This document shows positions 25,037 to 32,599 of a stretch of DNA of 32,599 bases, piece after piece (position 1 is the first letter of the stretch; each line of letters starts with the position of its first letter). A program made the translations under genes and the position numbers. This DNA is from Thermoplasmata archaeon (GTDB lineage: Archaea > Thermoplasmatota > Thermoplasmata > RBG-16-68-12 > JAFNFQ01), in the NCBI GenBank assembly GCA_041489255.1, contig JBGPQV010000027.1, positions 1-32,599 of the forward strand. Direction: 5' to 3'. The notes below the pieces were generated by a model. It did no database searches, had not been told where the DNA came from, and saw only the letters and a program-made list of their open reading frames with translations.

Positions 25037-25236
25037 CCGACGCAGAGGTGCTCGCCGAGGCGATCAAGAGCAGGCGGGGAAAACAGACGCTGGAGCAAGC
25101 TGTGGGTCGCGCCGTCCGCAACCGCGCGGGAAAGTACGAGGACTACATGCGGATAATGGCGGACGTGCGGGATCTAGCCGAGACCAAAGGCATCAGCGTC
25201 AACGAGGCGGCCAAAGAGCTTGCGAATCAGCCGTAG
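25033..25236 (+). CDS. Small hypothetical protein (67 aa)
   Basis: ATGA overlap with the GATase subunit stop; helical, charged sequence. Confidence 0.65.
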   Translation: MTDAEVLAEAIKSRRGKQTLEQAVGRAVRNRAGKYEDYMRIMADVRDLAETKGISVNEAAKELANQP

Positions 25237-26171
25237 ATCTCTTTGTTCACGATGAACTCCGGCTTGTTGCCGCGGAGCACCATGTCGACCTGTTCGACGA
25301 TCGTCATCCCTGCGCGTAATTGCGCTTCGTGAGTAGAGGCACCGATGTGCGGCGTCATGAAGACGTTCTCGAGTTCAAGGAGCGGGCTGCCCGTCGGTGG
25401 CTCGTTCTCGAACACGTCGAGGGCCGCGCCCGCTATCTTCCCGGATTTCAGAGCCTCGGCAAGTGCCTTCTCCTGAACGACCTCTCCGCGGGCACAGTTG
25501 ATCAGGAACGCGGTCTTCTTCATCGAGGCGAACTCCTGCGATCCGACCATGCCCTTAGTCTCCGGGGTCAGGGCGGTGTGGACGCTCAGGAAGTCCGATT
25601 CGGCGAATAGAGCGCCCTTGTTGACCAGATCGATCTTGTTCTGCTTGGCGATGGCTGGCGGGAGGTAGGGGTCGAAAGCTATCGTCTTCATGCCGAACGC
25701 CTGCGCTCTCTTCGCGACTTCCGTGCCTATCCTGCCGGACCCGAGCAGACCGAGAGTCTTGCCGCTCAGCTCCGTCCCCATGAACGCCTTCTTCTCCCAC
25801 TTCCCCGACTTGATGCTCTTGTCGGCGGTGGGCAGCTTCCTCGCGAGCGAGAGCATGTGACCGATTGCGAGCTCGGCCACTGAGACTGTACTCCCCGTCG
25901 GCGCGTTCACCACGGCGATCTTGCGCTTCGTGGCGGCGGCGATGTCGACGTTATCCACGCCGACTCCCGCGCGCCCCACGACCTTCAGGTTCTTGCCTTT
26001 CTCGATGACCTGCGCGGTCACTTTCGTCTTTCCGCGGACGATTAGCGCGTCGTACTTCTCGATGTTCTTCAGGAGGTCTTCGGGACTCATCTCGATCGCG
26101 TCGACCTGATGTGATGACTGCAGTTTAACGAGAGCTTCCTTCTCAATGCCGTCTGTTACGAGTACCTTCAT
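25227..26171 (-). CDS. serA: D-3-phosphoglycerate dehydrogenase / D-2-hydroxyacid dehydrogenase (short form, no ACT domain)
   Basis: GRAGVGVDNVD, GSGRIG, INCARG, DVFENEP and TPHIGAST. Confidence 0.85.
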   Translation of the reverse strand: MKVLVTDGIEKEALVKLQSSHQVDAIEMSPEDLLKNIEKYDALIVRGKTKVTAQVIEKGKNLKVVGRAGVGVDNVDIAAATKRKIAVVNAPTGSTVSVAELAIGHMLSLARKLPTADKSIKSGKWEKKAFMGTELSGKTLGLLGSGRIGTEVAKRAQAFGMKTIAFDPYLPPAIAKQNKIDLVNKGALFAESDFLSVHTALTPETKGMVGSQEFASMKKTAFLINCARGEVVQEKALAEALKSGKIAGAALDVFENEPPTGSPLLELENVFMTPHIGASTHEAQLRAGMTIVEQVDMVLRGNKPEFIVNKEIYG

Positions 26172-26210
26172 GGTAATCGGAAGTGGTGATACTGAGGTCC
26201 GATAAATAGC

Positions 26211-26630
26211 TCACCGCGGGAGCTGGGTCGCGAAGTACCACATGGCGATGATGAGGAGAATCACGATAACCAATGCCACGGCAAGCATCCACTTGGCGAC
26301 CTTCTTGTCCGAGCCGAAGATAATCGGTATCGGACCGACGAAGACGACCCCGCCGAATCTCTTGGCGGGCTGCTGTGGAACGGTCGCCTGCGGTGCGGAG
26401 GCGTTCGGCTGGGCCGGAGCCTCTCTCATGGGCGCGGCCATGGAGACGAAGAAAAGGAATATCGCGGCGAAGATCAGGGCCATCCCCGCCAAAGCCCAGA
26501 TGTTCGAGCTCTGGACCACCGGTATGATGACAACCAAGGTGAACGTCATCTCGCCAAGGTAGGCGGCGTATGCCAGCAGCACTATCCCGAGGACGAACAG
26601 TGCGAGTGCTGCGGCTGTGAGGTGGCGCAT
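26211..26630 (-). CDS. DUF131-like archaeal membrane protein
   Basis: FGGVVFVGPIPIIFGSD motif. Confidence 0.85.
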   Translation of the reverse strand: MRHLTAAALALFVLGIVLLAYAAYLGEMTFTLVVIIPVVQSSNIWALAGMALIFAAIFLFFVSMAAPMREAPAQPNASAPQATVPQQPAKRFGGVVFVGPIPIIFGSDKKVAKWMLAVALVIVILLIIAMWYFATQLPR

Positions 26631-26777
26631 CGCGCCTCAATAGGCGACGTCGGTTCATAATGCTTCGGTCTCCTTCACAGCCTGTGGAGGCGGCCGAATC
26701 CAAGTTGTTCTCAGGATTGATGATTGGGTGGACAAGCTGAAATAAGCCTCGCAGAATCGATTCGCGAGCGTGATCGA

Positions 26778-27074
26778 TTGACAGCGGTCTCTCCGGAGCT
26801 ACTGGTAGTGCTGACCCTATCGATCCTGTGCGGCGTGCTCGGGATTTTCCTGATGACGCACAGGACGATTCGGAAGATGCGTGGCGGTCTGCTTTATAGG
26901 CTGAGCATGGGGCTCGCGGCCCTGGGCGTGGTGCTGACGCTCAACGCCGTCGCCCGGCTTTTCACCATCCAAGAGCCGTGGCCGGACGGTCTGCTGATCG
27001 CAGCTTTGGTCATTCTGTTCTTCATCGGATATTCCGCCTGGAACAATGCGCACGAGATGGGGATAGAAGGGTAG
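26778..27074 (+). CDS. Hypothetical membrane protein (3 TM)
   Basis: Three hydrophobic helices. TTG 26778 after GTGATC is my inferred start; the ORF extends to 26724. Confidence 0.7.
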   Translation: MTAVSPELLVVLTLSILCGVLGIFLMTHRTIRKMRGGLLYRLSMGLAALGVVLTLNAVARLFTIQEPWPDGLLIAALVILFFIGYSAWNNAHEMGIEG

Positions 27075-27077
27075 GAC

Positions 27078-27356
27078 ATGAGCCCGCTCTGGAACATGGG
27101 TCTTGTCTGGAGCGAGGTGTATGACCGCATCCTCGCTGACATGAAGACGATCTGGGGGGAGATGGCCGTGTTCATGATCAAGAAGCGGGCGAACGACGCC
27201 AAGGCAGACCTATCGCGTCTCAGGAAGGAGGACTTGGAGAGGATCATAGAGCTGCTGCGGGAGAAGACGCTGCCGTCCACGCTGGGACCGGATGGAGCTG
27301 ATGCGAAGGCGCGGCAATATCTGGCATGGCTTGGCGATGGGTCGCCGGTGACATAG
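27078..27356 (+). CDS. Small helical hypothetical protein (92 aa)
   Basis: 3-nt gap after the upstream gene, host-like codon usage, amphipathic helices. Confidence 0.7.
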   Translation: MSPLWNMGLVWSEVYDRILADMKTIWGEMAVFMIKKRANDAKADLSRLRKEDLERIIELLREKTLPSTLGPDGADAKARQYLAWLGDGSPVT

Positions 27357-27658
27357 ACTCGCGGACCACCCATCAGGCAGTCCTGCGATCCGAGACTCAA
27401 CCGTCTGGATGATTCAAGGCGCCAAGCGATAATCATGCCGAAGACGAAGTCGTCTATCGCCCCCGGAGTCCACGTCATCGTCAGAAATCAGATCACCTGG
27501 CGGGTCGTCCTATTGACCTGTTCCAATAAAGAGGAGCATAAGAGCAGGTAGGTAATTGGTTAAGAACAGGTCCATATTGGGTGACCACAGATTCTTCGAC
27601 ATGAGGCGTGGAGAGGACGCTCGGTTGATCAGCCCGGAATCCTCTGAGTTATCGCGTT

Positions 27659-30600
27659 TTAAACATCGATTGGCGAATCCTTCCGCAAACTTCTCAGCGT
27701 CAAGAAGAGGAGTCCACCCAGAAGTATCGTCAAGTCGACGCCTGTCCCGAGCCCTATTATAGGCGGCATGGAGAGTTGCCCCGTCAACAGTGAGACTATC
27801 CCCGTACCCGCCTCTGCGATAGAGAATGGCAGCGAGGTGAACATGAACGCTTTCGCCACCGCCATCGTGTCCTTCCCGCCCTTCCACGGCCTCCTCTTCG
27901 ACGACCATACTCCCGCCACGAGCAGGATGACCGCGAAGACGAGGGCCACCATCGGTTTGTAGTTCACCGCCACTTCAGTCGTCGGCCTGACGGTCAGCGA
28001 CCTCTCCTGCTCGACGTTGCCAAGGTTGTCGATCGAGTAGTAGTATATGGTGTGCTCCCCCTCGGCGAGGGTGAAGCCGCCTGTGTAGACTATCCAGCTC
28101 CCGCCATCAATCCTGTACCTGGTGACGTTCACTCCGCATCCCGCATCGGTGGCGGTGAGGGTGAACGGGGCGGCGGGGGAGATCATTGTAACAGGTGGCG
28201 TGTCGTCGAGAATCAACGTCTCGTTCCGGATGCTTTCCACGTTCCCGAGGTAGTCGAACGAAAGGAATTCCACGTACCAGGTTCCGTCCCTTCCCGCCAG
28301 ACTGAACGATGAGGAGTAGTCCCTCCATTGGGACCACGATCCGTCCCAGAGGCGATAGAACGTTGAGTTGGAACCGACACCGCCATCCACCGCAGAGAGA
28401 ACAAGAGGGGTCGAGGAATTGACGAAGCTCCCGCCAGTCAGGTACTTCGGTTCACCGATCGAGATGGCGGAGGCGGGAGGAATGTCGTCAATCCTCATCA
28501 CCCGCCACGAGACGACTTCGATGTTCCCGACGTTGTCCTCGGAGTACCACTCTACGTAGTGGTCCCCATCGCCGGACAGGAAGAAGGAGGACGAGTATTC
28601 AATCCACGTGACGTTGTCTATCCTGTACCGGGTGTGGTTGATGCCGGTACCACTCTGGTCGATGACGCTGAGGTCAAGGGGCGTGGAGGACCTGACGTAC
28701 ATCACCGAGGCGGGGGAGGTGTGGCTCGGTATGCCGATGACAAGAGAGGTGATTGGGCCCGTGACGACATCTATCGTCCAAGTGTAAACGTTGTTAGTCT
28801 CGTTCCACTCAGTCACGTTGTTCCAGTAATCGACGTCCGCGGACACGAGGTATGTGCCCGGTGTCGCGGGAGACATCCACGTGGCGGTGAACCGCGACGA
28901 GTTGCCGCCAGCCAGGACCGGGCTCACGCTGAAGGTGGCGAATGGGATGGCGGGAGCGGACTCATCATAGAACGCGAGGGTCGAGCCGTTGGAGTCGGTC
29001 GCGTTCCCCTGGTTGTGCACGACTACCGAGAGGGACACGGGCTTCGAGAGGCCGGTCTTGATCGGCGGTTGAGGCAGCGGCAGGAACGGGACGTAGTCGG
29101 GCTTTGTAATCGGCAACGACTGCACGAAGACGCTCACGCACGCCATGTTGTTCGTCTCATTGATTTCGGCCACGACATTGTCAGGGTCGGCGACGACGCA
29201 TATCTCGTGGCTTCCTGGAGGGGAGGCGATCCATGCGACCGTGACGTTCTCCGCGCCACCCGCCTGTATTGGCGGGAGTGGCTGGTCCGCCCCTATCTGG
29301 AATGATGGCGGCAGACCATCATAGAACCTCGTCGCAGTCGGCTCCGATGCGTTGCCGCCGACGTTGTGAATCGTGGCGTTGATTTCAACCGCGGAACCTT
29401 CGGTGAACGGCGATGGAGGCGAAAAGCCAACGTCCGATGGCGACACGGACAGGTCTGGTATGGGCGGAGTGATGACTTCGATCTGGTCGCAAGCTTGGTT
29501 GTTGCTCTCGTTGAGTTCCAGGATTGTGCTGGCGGGATCCGCAACGGCGCATATCAGGTGAACGCCTGGAGGCTCCGCAGTCCAAACGATCGACGTGGGG
29601 AAGGCTCCTCCATGGGGAATGAAAGGTATCACTCTGTCCGGTCCTATCTGGTTCGACATCGAGGGCGGGCCGTCGAAGAACCTTACGAGAACGCTCGACG
29701 CATCGGCATCGCCCAAGTTGTGGACGTCTGCACTCACGGTAATGGGATTGCCTGTCTCGACGGGACTCAGCGGATTGAACGTGATGTCCGGCGGCCCTAG
29801 TTCGAGGTCGGGTAATGGCGTTGGTATCGACGAATTGAGCTTCATGATGAAAGCGTCACTGCCGCCGTTATATATGGTGTCGAACGCGCCGGGTGTGACA
29901 GGGAAGTCTGGGGAGGATGTCGCTCCCGCCAAGTACAAGTTGCCTGCTCCGTCGAGCGTTATTGAGCCACAGCTGTCGAGCGCTGAACCTCCAAGGTATG
30001 AGGCGAAGAGGAGTGAACCGGTCGGGCTCACGCTTGCGACGAATGCATCCCCAGAGCCATTCAATGTCCTGTCTATGGCATCGTTGGTCACCGGGAAGTC
30101 TGTGGACATTGTGAATCCTACTACGTGCGAGACGCCGGTGGCATCCACAGCGACAGACAACGCACCGTCGACGAACGTGCCTCCAAGATACCGGCTGAAC
30201 ACAAGCGCACCAGTGGTATCAATCTTAGCAATGAATCCATCCATCGCGGATCCGCCTAATGCGTTCACGGCGATAGGGAAGTTGGCAGATTCGGTAGTGC
30301 CGACTACGTACGCGTTGCCTGACGAATCGAGGGCTAGACCAAAGCCTTGGTCGCGAGCGCTCCCGCCGAGGTATGTGCCGTAGACGAGGGAGCCTGTGTC
30401 GTTGGACTTCACGAAGAAGGCGTCCATGGTCCCTCCGAGCGTGGTGTCCATGCCGCCTGGCACTGGAAAGTCCGCGGAGGATGTAACACTTGTTGCGTAC
30501 ATATTGCCATTACCATCTACCCAGATTGCCCCGCCTTCACCGGCCCAGGATTCGTCGCCGCTTCCTCCGAGGAATGTCGAATACTCCAGGGTAGGAATCG

Positions 30601-32002
30601 ATGGTACGATCTTTGAGACGAACATGTCCGATCCCCCTCCGATATGCGTCTGAAAAGCATCCGGCGTTACCGGGAAGTCCGACGAGTTGGTCGCTCCCAG
30701 AATGTAGATTTTATTCGAGGAATCGATCGTGATTGACATGCCCTCATCGGAACTCATCCCGCCAAGATAGGTTGAGAATATAAGGCCATCACCTGAGGCA
30801 TTCAGCATTGAGACGAAGGCATCGTCCGTCCCTTTGAGAGTCTGTTGGATTGCTCTGTAAGTCGGATAATCGGGCGATTCCGTCGAACCAGTGAGAACGC
30901 ATTCGCCTGAAAAATTAACCGCGACAGAGATGGCGCGATCAACTTCAGAGCCGCCTAGGTAGGTCGCATAAAGCAACATGTCACCGGCTGCGCCGAGCCT
31001 CACGACGTACGCATCTTCCGATCCATTCAAATCCACGCTGAACGCACCAGGAGTCGCTGGGAAATCAATGGAGCCCGTACCGCCGACAACGCACGCATTG
31101 CCGCCACGGTCGACCGCGATACCCCATGCGTCATCTGCCCTATCACTCCCTCCAAGAAAGGTAGCGTAGACAATGGGATCAATCGTCAGAATACGGTCCC
31201 GAGACCATCCGCTGCAATCGATTCCATACGCATTGCTGCCGCGAATAGCGAGGACACATGCAACCTCGCGACCAGTGTCATCATATGAACGCGGCAGAAG
31301 ATCCCACACCCTACCTAACGGCGTGTCGACAGCAATTCCTGCACCGTCCAGTTGTATGCTGTCGACTCCTTCAAGCGAAAGTTGGATCACCTTCGGGTCT
31401 GCGCCAGGATGAACGACGAACTCATACTTCACTCCGTCTAACCACGGGCGGTAGGAAAGGTCGATTCCATCGTACAAGTTCGGATACAACACCGCTCTGA
31501 AGTTCGGCACGTCGGTTCTCCACCTATCCGAATCATTTCCGACGAAAAAGTTGCTCTTGAAAGCGAGGCGGTCTCTGCCAATCGGCTGCACCAGATTCGC
31601 TCCCTCGAAGCGAAGCTTGTAGGCGAAAGTCTGAACTCGTACATTGGTTGAGTATGCGCTGTTCATCATTGAGTGAGAATGGGTCCCAGCCCTTTCCTCC
31701 CCCCTTCTCAAAACGAACATAACGCCATCGTCCATGAATCCCACTAGTGGGTCGCCCCTAGAATGGAATCTGATCGCGTCCAACGTCTGGCCTCTATTCT
31801 CGATGAAGAAGCTTCCGAGAGAGCTCAAAGCATCTGGATAATCTCGGGCAGAATCTACGATCATAGAATGACGAATCATGCCGATTTGGCGAACAGGGAA
31901 GAAAAGAGATGAAATGAGGATGATGAAAGCGGCGCCTACTGAAAGATGGGCGATCAAAGTTGAATGTAATCGTCTTCTGTTCGAATAGTTGTTTTCGAAC
32001 AT
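27659..32002 (-). CDS. Large cell-surface protein: N-terminal domain, SBBP beta-propeller repeats, 3 CARDB domains, Ig-like repeats, C-terminal TM anchor
   Basis: FIENRGQ/LYDGIDL/KYEFVV N-domain; repeated YxTYLGGS..D....IAVD..GN.YV.G.T.S.DFP; PDL...ADP...I.E.NE.NN CARDB repeats; DDTPPVT / YYSIDNLGNVE; hydrophobic C-terminus. Confidence 0.9.
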   Translation of the reverse strand: MFENNYSNRRRLHSTLIAHLSVGAAFIILISSLFFPVRQIGMIRHSMIVDSARDYPDALSSLGSFFIENRGQTLDAIRFHSRGDPLVGFMDDGVMFVLRRGEERAGTHSHSMMNSAYSTNVRVQTFAYKLRFEGANLVQPIGRDRLAFKSNFFVGNDSDRWRTDVPNFRAVLYPNLYDGIDLSYRPWLDGVKYEFVVHPGADPKVIQLSLEGVDSIQLDGAGIAVDTPLGRVWDLLPRSYDDTGREVACVLAIRGSNAYGIDCSGWSRDRILTIDPIVYATFLGGSDRADDAWGIAVDRGGNACVVGGTGSIDFPATPGAFSVDLNGSEDAYVVRLGAAGDMLLYATYLGGSEVDRAISVAVNFSGECVLTGSTESPDYPTYRAIQQTLKGTDDAFVSMLNASGDGLIFSTYLGGMSSDEGMSITIDSSNKIYILGATNSSDFPVTPDAFQTHIGGGSDMFVSKIVPSIPTLEYSTFLGGSGDESWAGEGGAIWVDGNGNMYATSVTSSADFPVPGGMDTTLGGTMDAFFVKSNDTGSLVYGTYLGGSARDQGFGLALDSSGNAYVVGTTESANFPIAVNALGGSAMDGFIAKIDTTGALVFSRYLGGTFVDGALSVAVDATGVSHVVGFTMSTDFPVTNDAIDRTLNGSGDAFVASVSPTGSLLFASYLGGSALDSCGSITLDGAGNLYLAGATSSPDFPVTPGAFDTIYNGGSDAFIMKLNSSIPTPLPDLELGPPDITFNPLSPVETGNPITVSADVHNLGDADASSVLVRFFDGPPSMSNQIGPDRVIPFIPHGGAFPTSIVWTAEPPGVHLICAVADPASTILELNESNNQACDQIEVITPPIPDLSVSPSDVGFSPPSPFTEGSAVEINATIHNVGGNASEPTATRFYDGLPPSFQIGADQPLPPIQAGGAENVTVAWIASPPGSHEICVVADPDNVVAEINETNNMACVSVFVQSLPITKPDYVPFLPLPQPPIKTGLSKPVSLSVVVHNQGNATDSNGSTLAFYDESAPAIPFATFSVSPVLAGGNSSRFTATWMSPATPGTYLVSADVDYWNNVTEWNETNNVYTWTIDVVTGPITSLVIGIPSHTSPASVMYVRSSTPLDLSVIDQSGTGINHTRYRIDNVTWIEYSSSFFLSGDGDHYVEWYSEDNVGNIEVVSWRVMRIDDIPPASAISIGEPKYLTGGSFVNSSTPLVLSAVDGGVGSNSTFYRLWDGSWSQWRDYSSSFSLAGRDGTWYVEFLSFDYLGNVESIRNETLILDDTPPVTMISPAAPFTLTATDAGCGVNVTRYRIDGGSWIVYTGGFTLAEGEHTIYYYSIDNLGNVEQERSLTVRPTTEVAVNYKPMVALVFAVILLVAGVWSSKRRPWKGGKDTMAVAKAFMFTSLPFSIAEAGTGIVSLLTGQLSMPPIIGLGTGVDLTILLGGLLFLTLRSLRKDSPIDV

Positions 32003-32456
32003 ATGATGTCTTCCTCAACAGAACTTCGTTGCTGCGTCGTCATCAATATACTCCACGGATTGCAGCCTTCGGAGGGTGGAATCATTCTTGTCGCGGTGCA
32101 CGATTGCTATCGATACATTAGTTTGATACTGACCTTCCGTCAATAGTATTCCCCTGCGCACTTCTCCCAAGAATGATCGTCGAGATAAAAATGTGATGTA
32201 ACCGCTGTCCTGCAGCGCAAGCAAGTGAATTGCACGGCCTTTTTCCACGATTTGGACAAGGCACGAATCAGTATTCACTTGCACGGATGGGACTTGGCTC
32301 AATCCTTCAGACCTGCACCGGGGGTCGTTTATTCTTTGCACGCGGTGACTTGATGCGGGGATCTCCATATATCTTCCCCTGAAACATGCACCATCTAGCT
32401 TGGTGGTCGAAACCATTTGATAGTCGGCAACCGTGCCTCGGATGATTGAACTCATG

Positions 32457-32599
32457 TGGTATGCGACCCCCTTCATTGGACAGATCCTGACCCGTTTCAC
32501 TTTGCACTCACGCTCACCTCCTCGTGATACTCGCTCGGCGTCATCCACCTCAACCTCTGCTTCGGCTTAATGGTGTTGTAGTCCTCCCTCGCCCACGCC
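32457..32599 (-). mobile_element. Right end of a probable IS3-family (rve integrase-core) insertion sequence, running off the window
   Basis: Minus-strand tail AWAREDYNTIKPKQRLRWMTPSEYHEEVSVSAK* followed by CTGTCCAATGAAGGGGGTCGCATACCA, which resembles an IS3-type right inverted repeat ending in CA. Confidence 0.65.
32497..32599 (-). CDS. C-terminal 33 aa of an integrase-core transposase (partial)
   Basis: YNxxKPxxxLxxxTPxEY resembles the IS3/IS481 C-terminal motif YNxxRPHxxLxxxTP; too short for the ORF track. Confidence 0.65.
   Translation of the reverse strand, partial: AWAREDYNTIKPKQRLRWMTPSEYHEEVSVSAK

Noticed and set aside
28760-31170. Repeated DNA segments as a possible CRISPR array or DGR template/variable repeat pair
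   Set aside because: They are degenerate protein-level SBBP and CARDB repeats; no constant repeat-spacer pattern, no adenine-specific variation and no reverse transcriptase seen.
32015-32548. 177-aa minus-strand ORF
   Set aside because: Atypical composition, and it crosses the inferred IS end, so probably spurious.
1-32599. tRNA, rRNA or CRISPR loci
   Set aside because: No cloverleaf, rRNA-like or repeat-spacer sequence recognised in any intergenic gap by eye; a tRNAscan-SE or Infernal run would be needed to exclude them fully.

Overview
GC-rich archaeal chromosome segment; Thermoplasmatota is my inference from the archaeal-type ThrRS, split GuaA, RHH-ftsZ pair, TATA promoters and ADP-dependent kinase. 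It is mostly housekeeping: ABC exporter, ADP-dependent sugar kinase, cdrS-like/ftsZ, thrS, folP, VIT1-ferritin fusion, epimerase, solute-binding protein, ahcY operon, purE/guaA, serA-like and a large SBBP/CARDB surface protein. The main finding is a precisely bounded 3,341-bp mobile element (4783-8123). It has 24-bp terminal inverted repeats, a 9-bp target-site duplication and one Zn-ribbon/HTH/DDE (IS6-like) transposase. Between its ends it carries a complete Type II restriction-modification system headed by a ribbon-helix-helix gene. It sits between the divergent promoters of the ADP-kinase gene and the cdrS-ftsZ cell-division operon. The window ends in the 3' end and right inverted repeat of a probable IS3-like element that the ORF track missed. 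All calls are from reading the sequence by eye; no searches were run.
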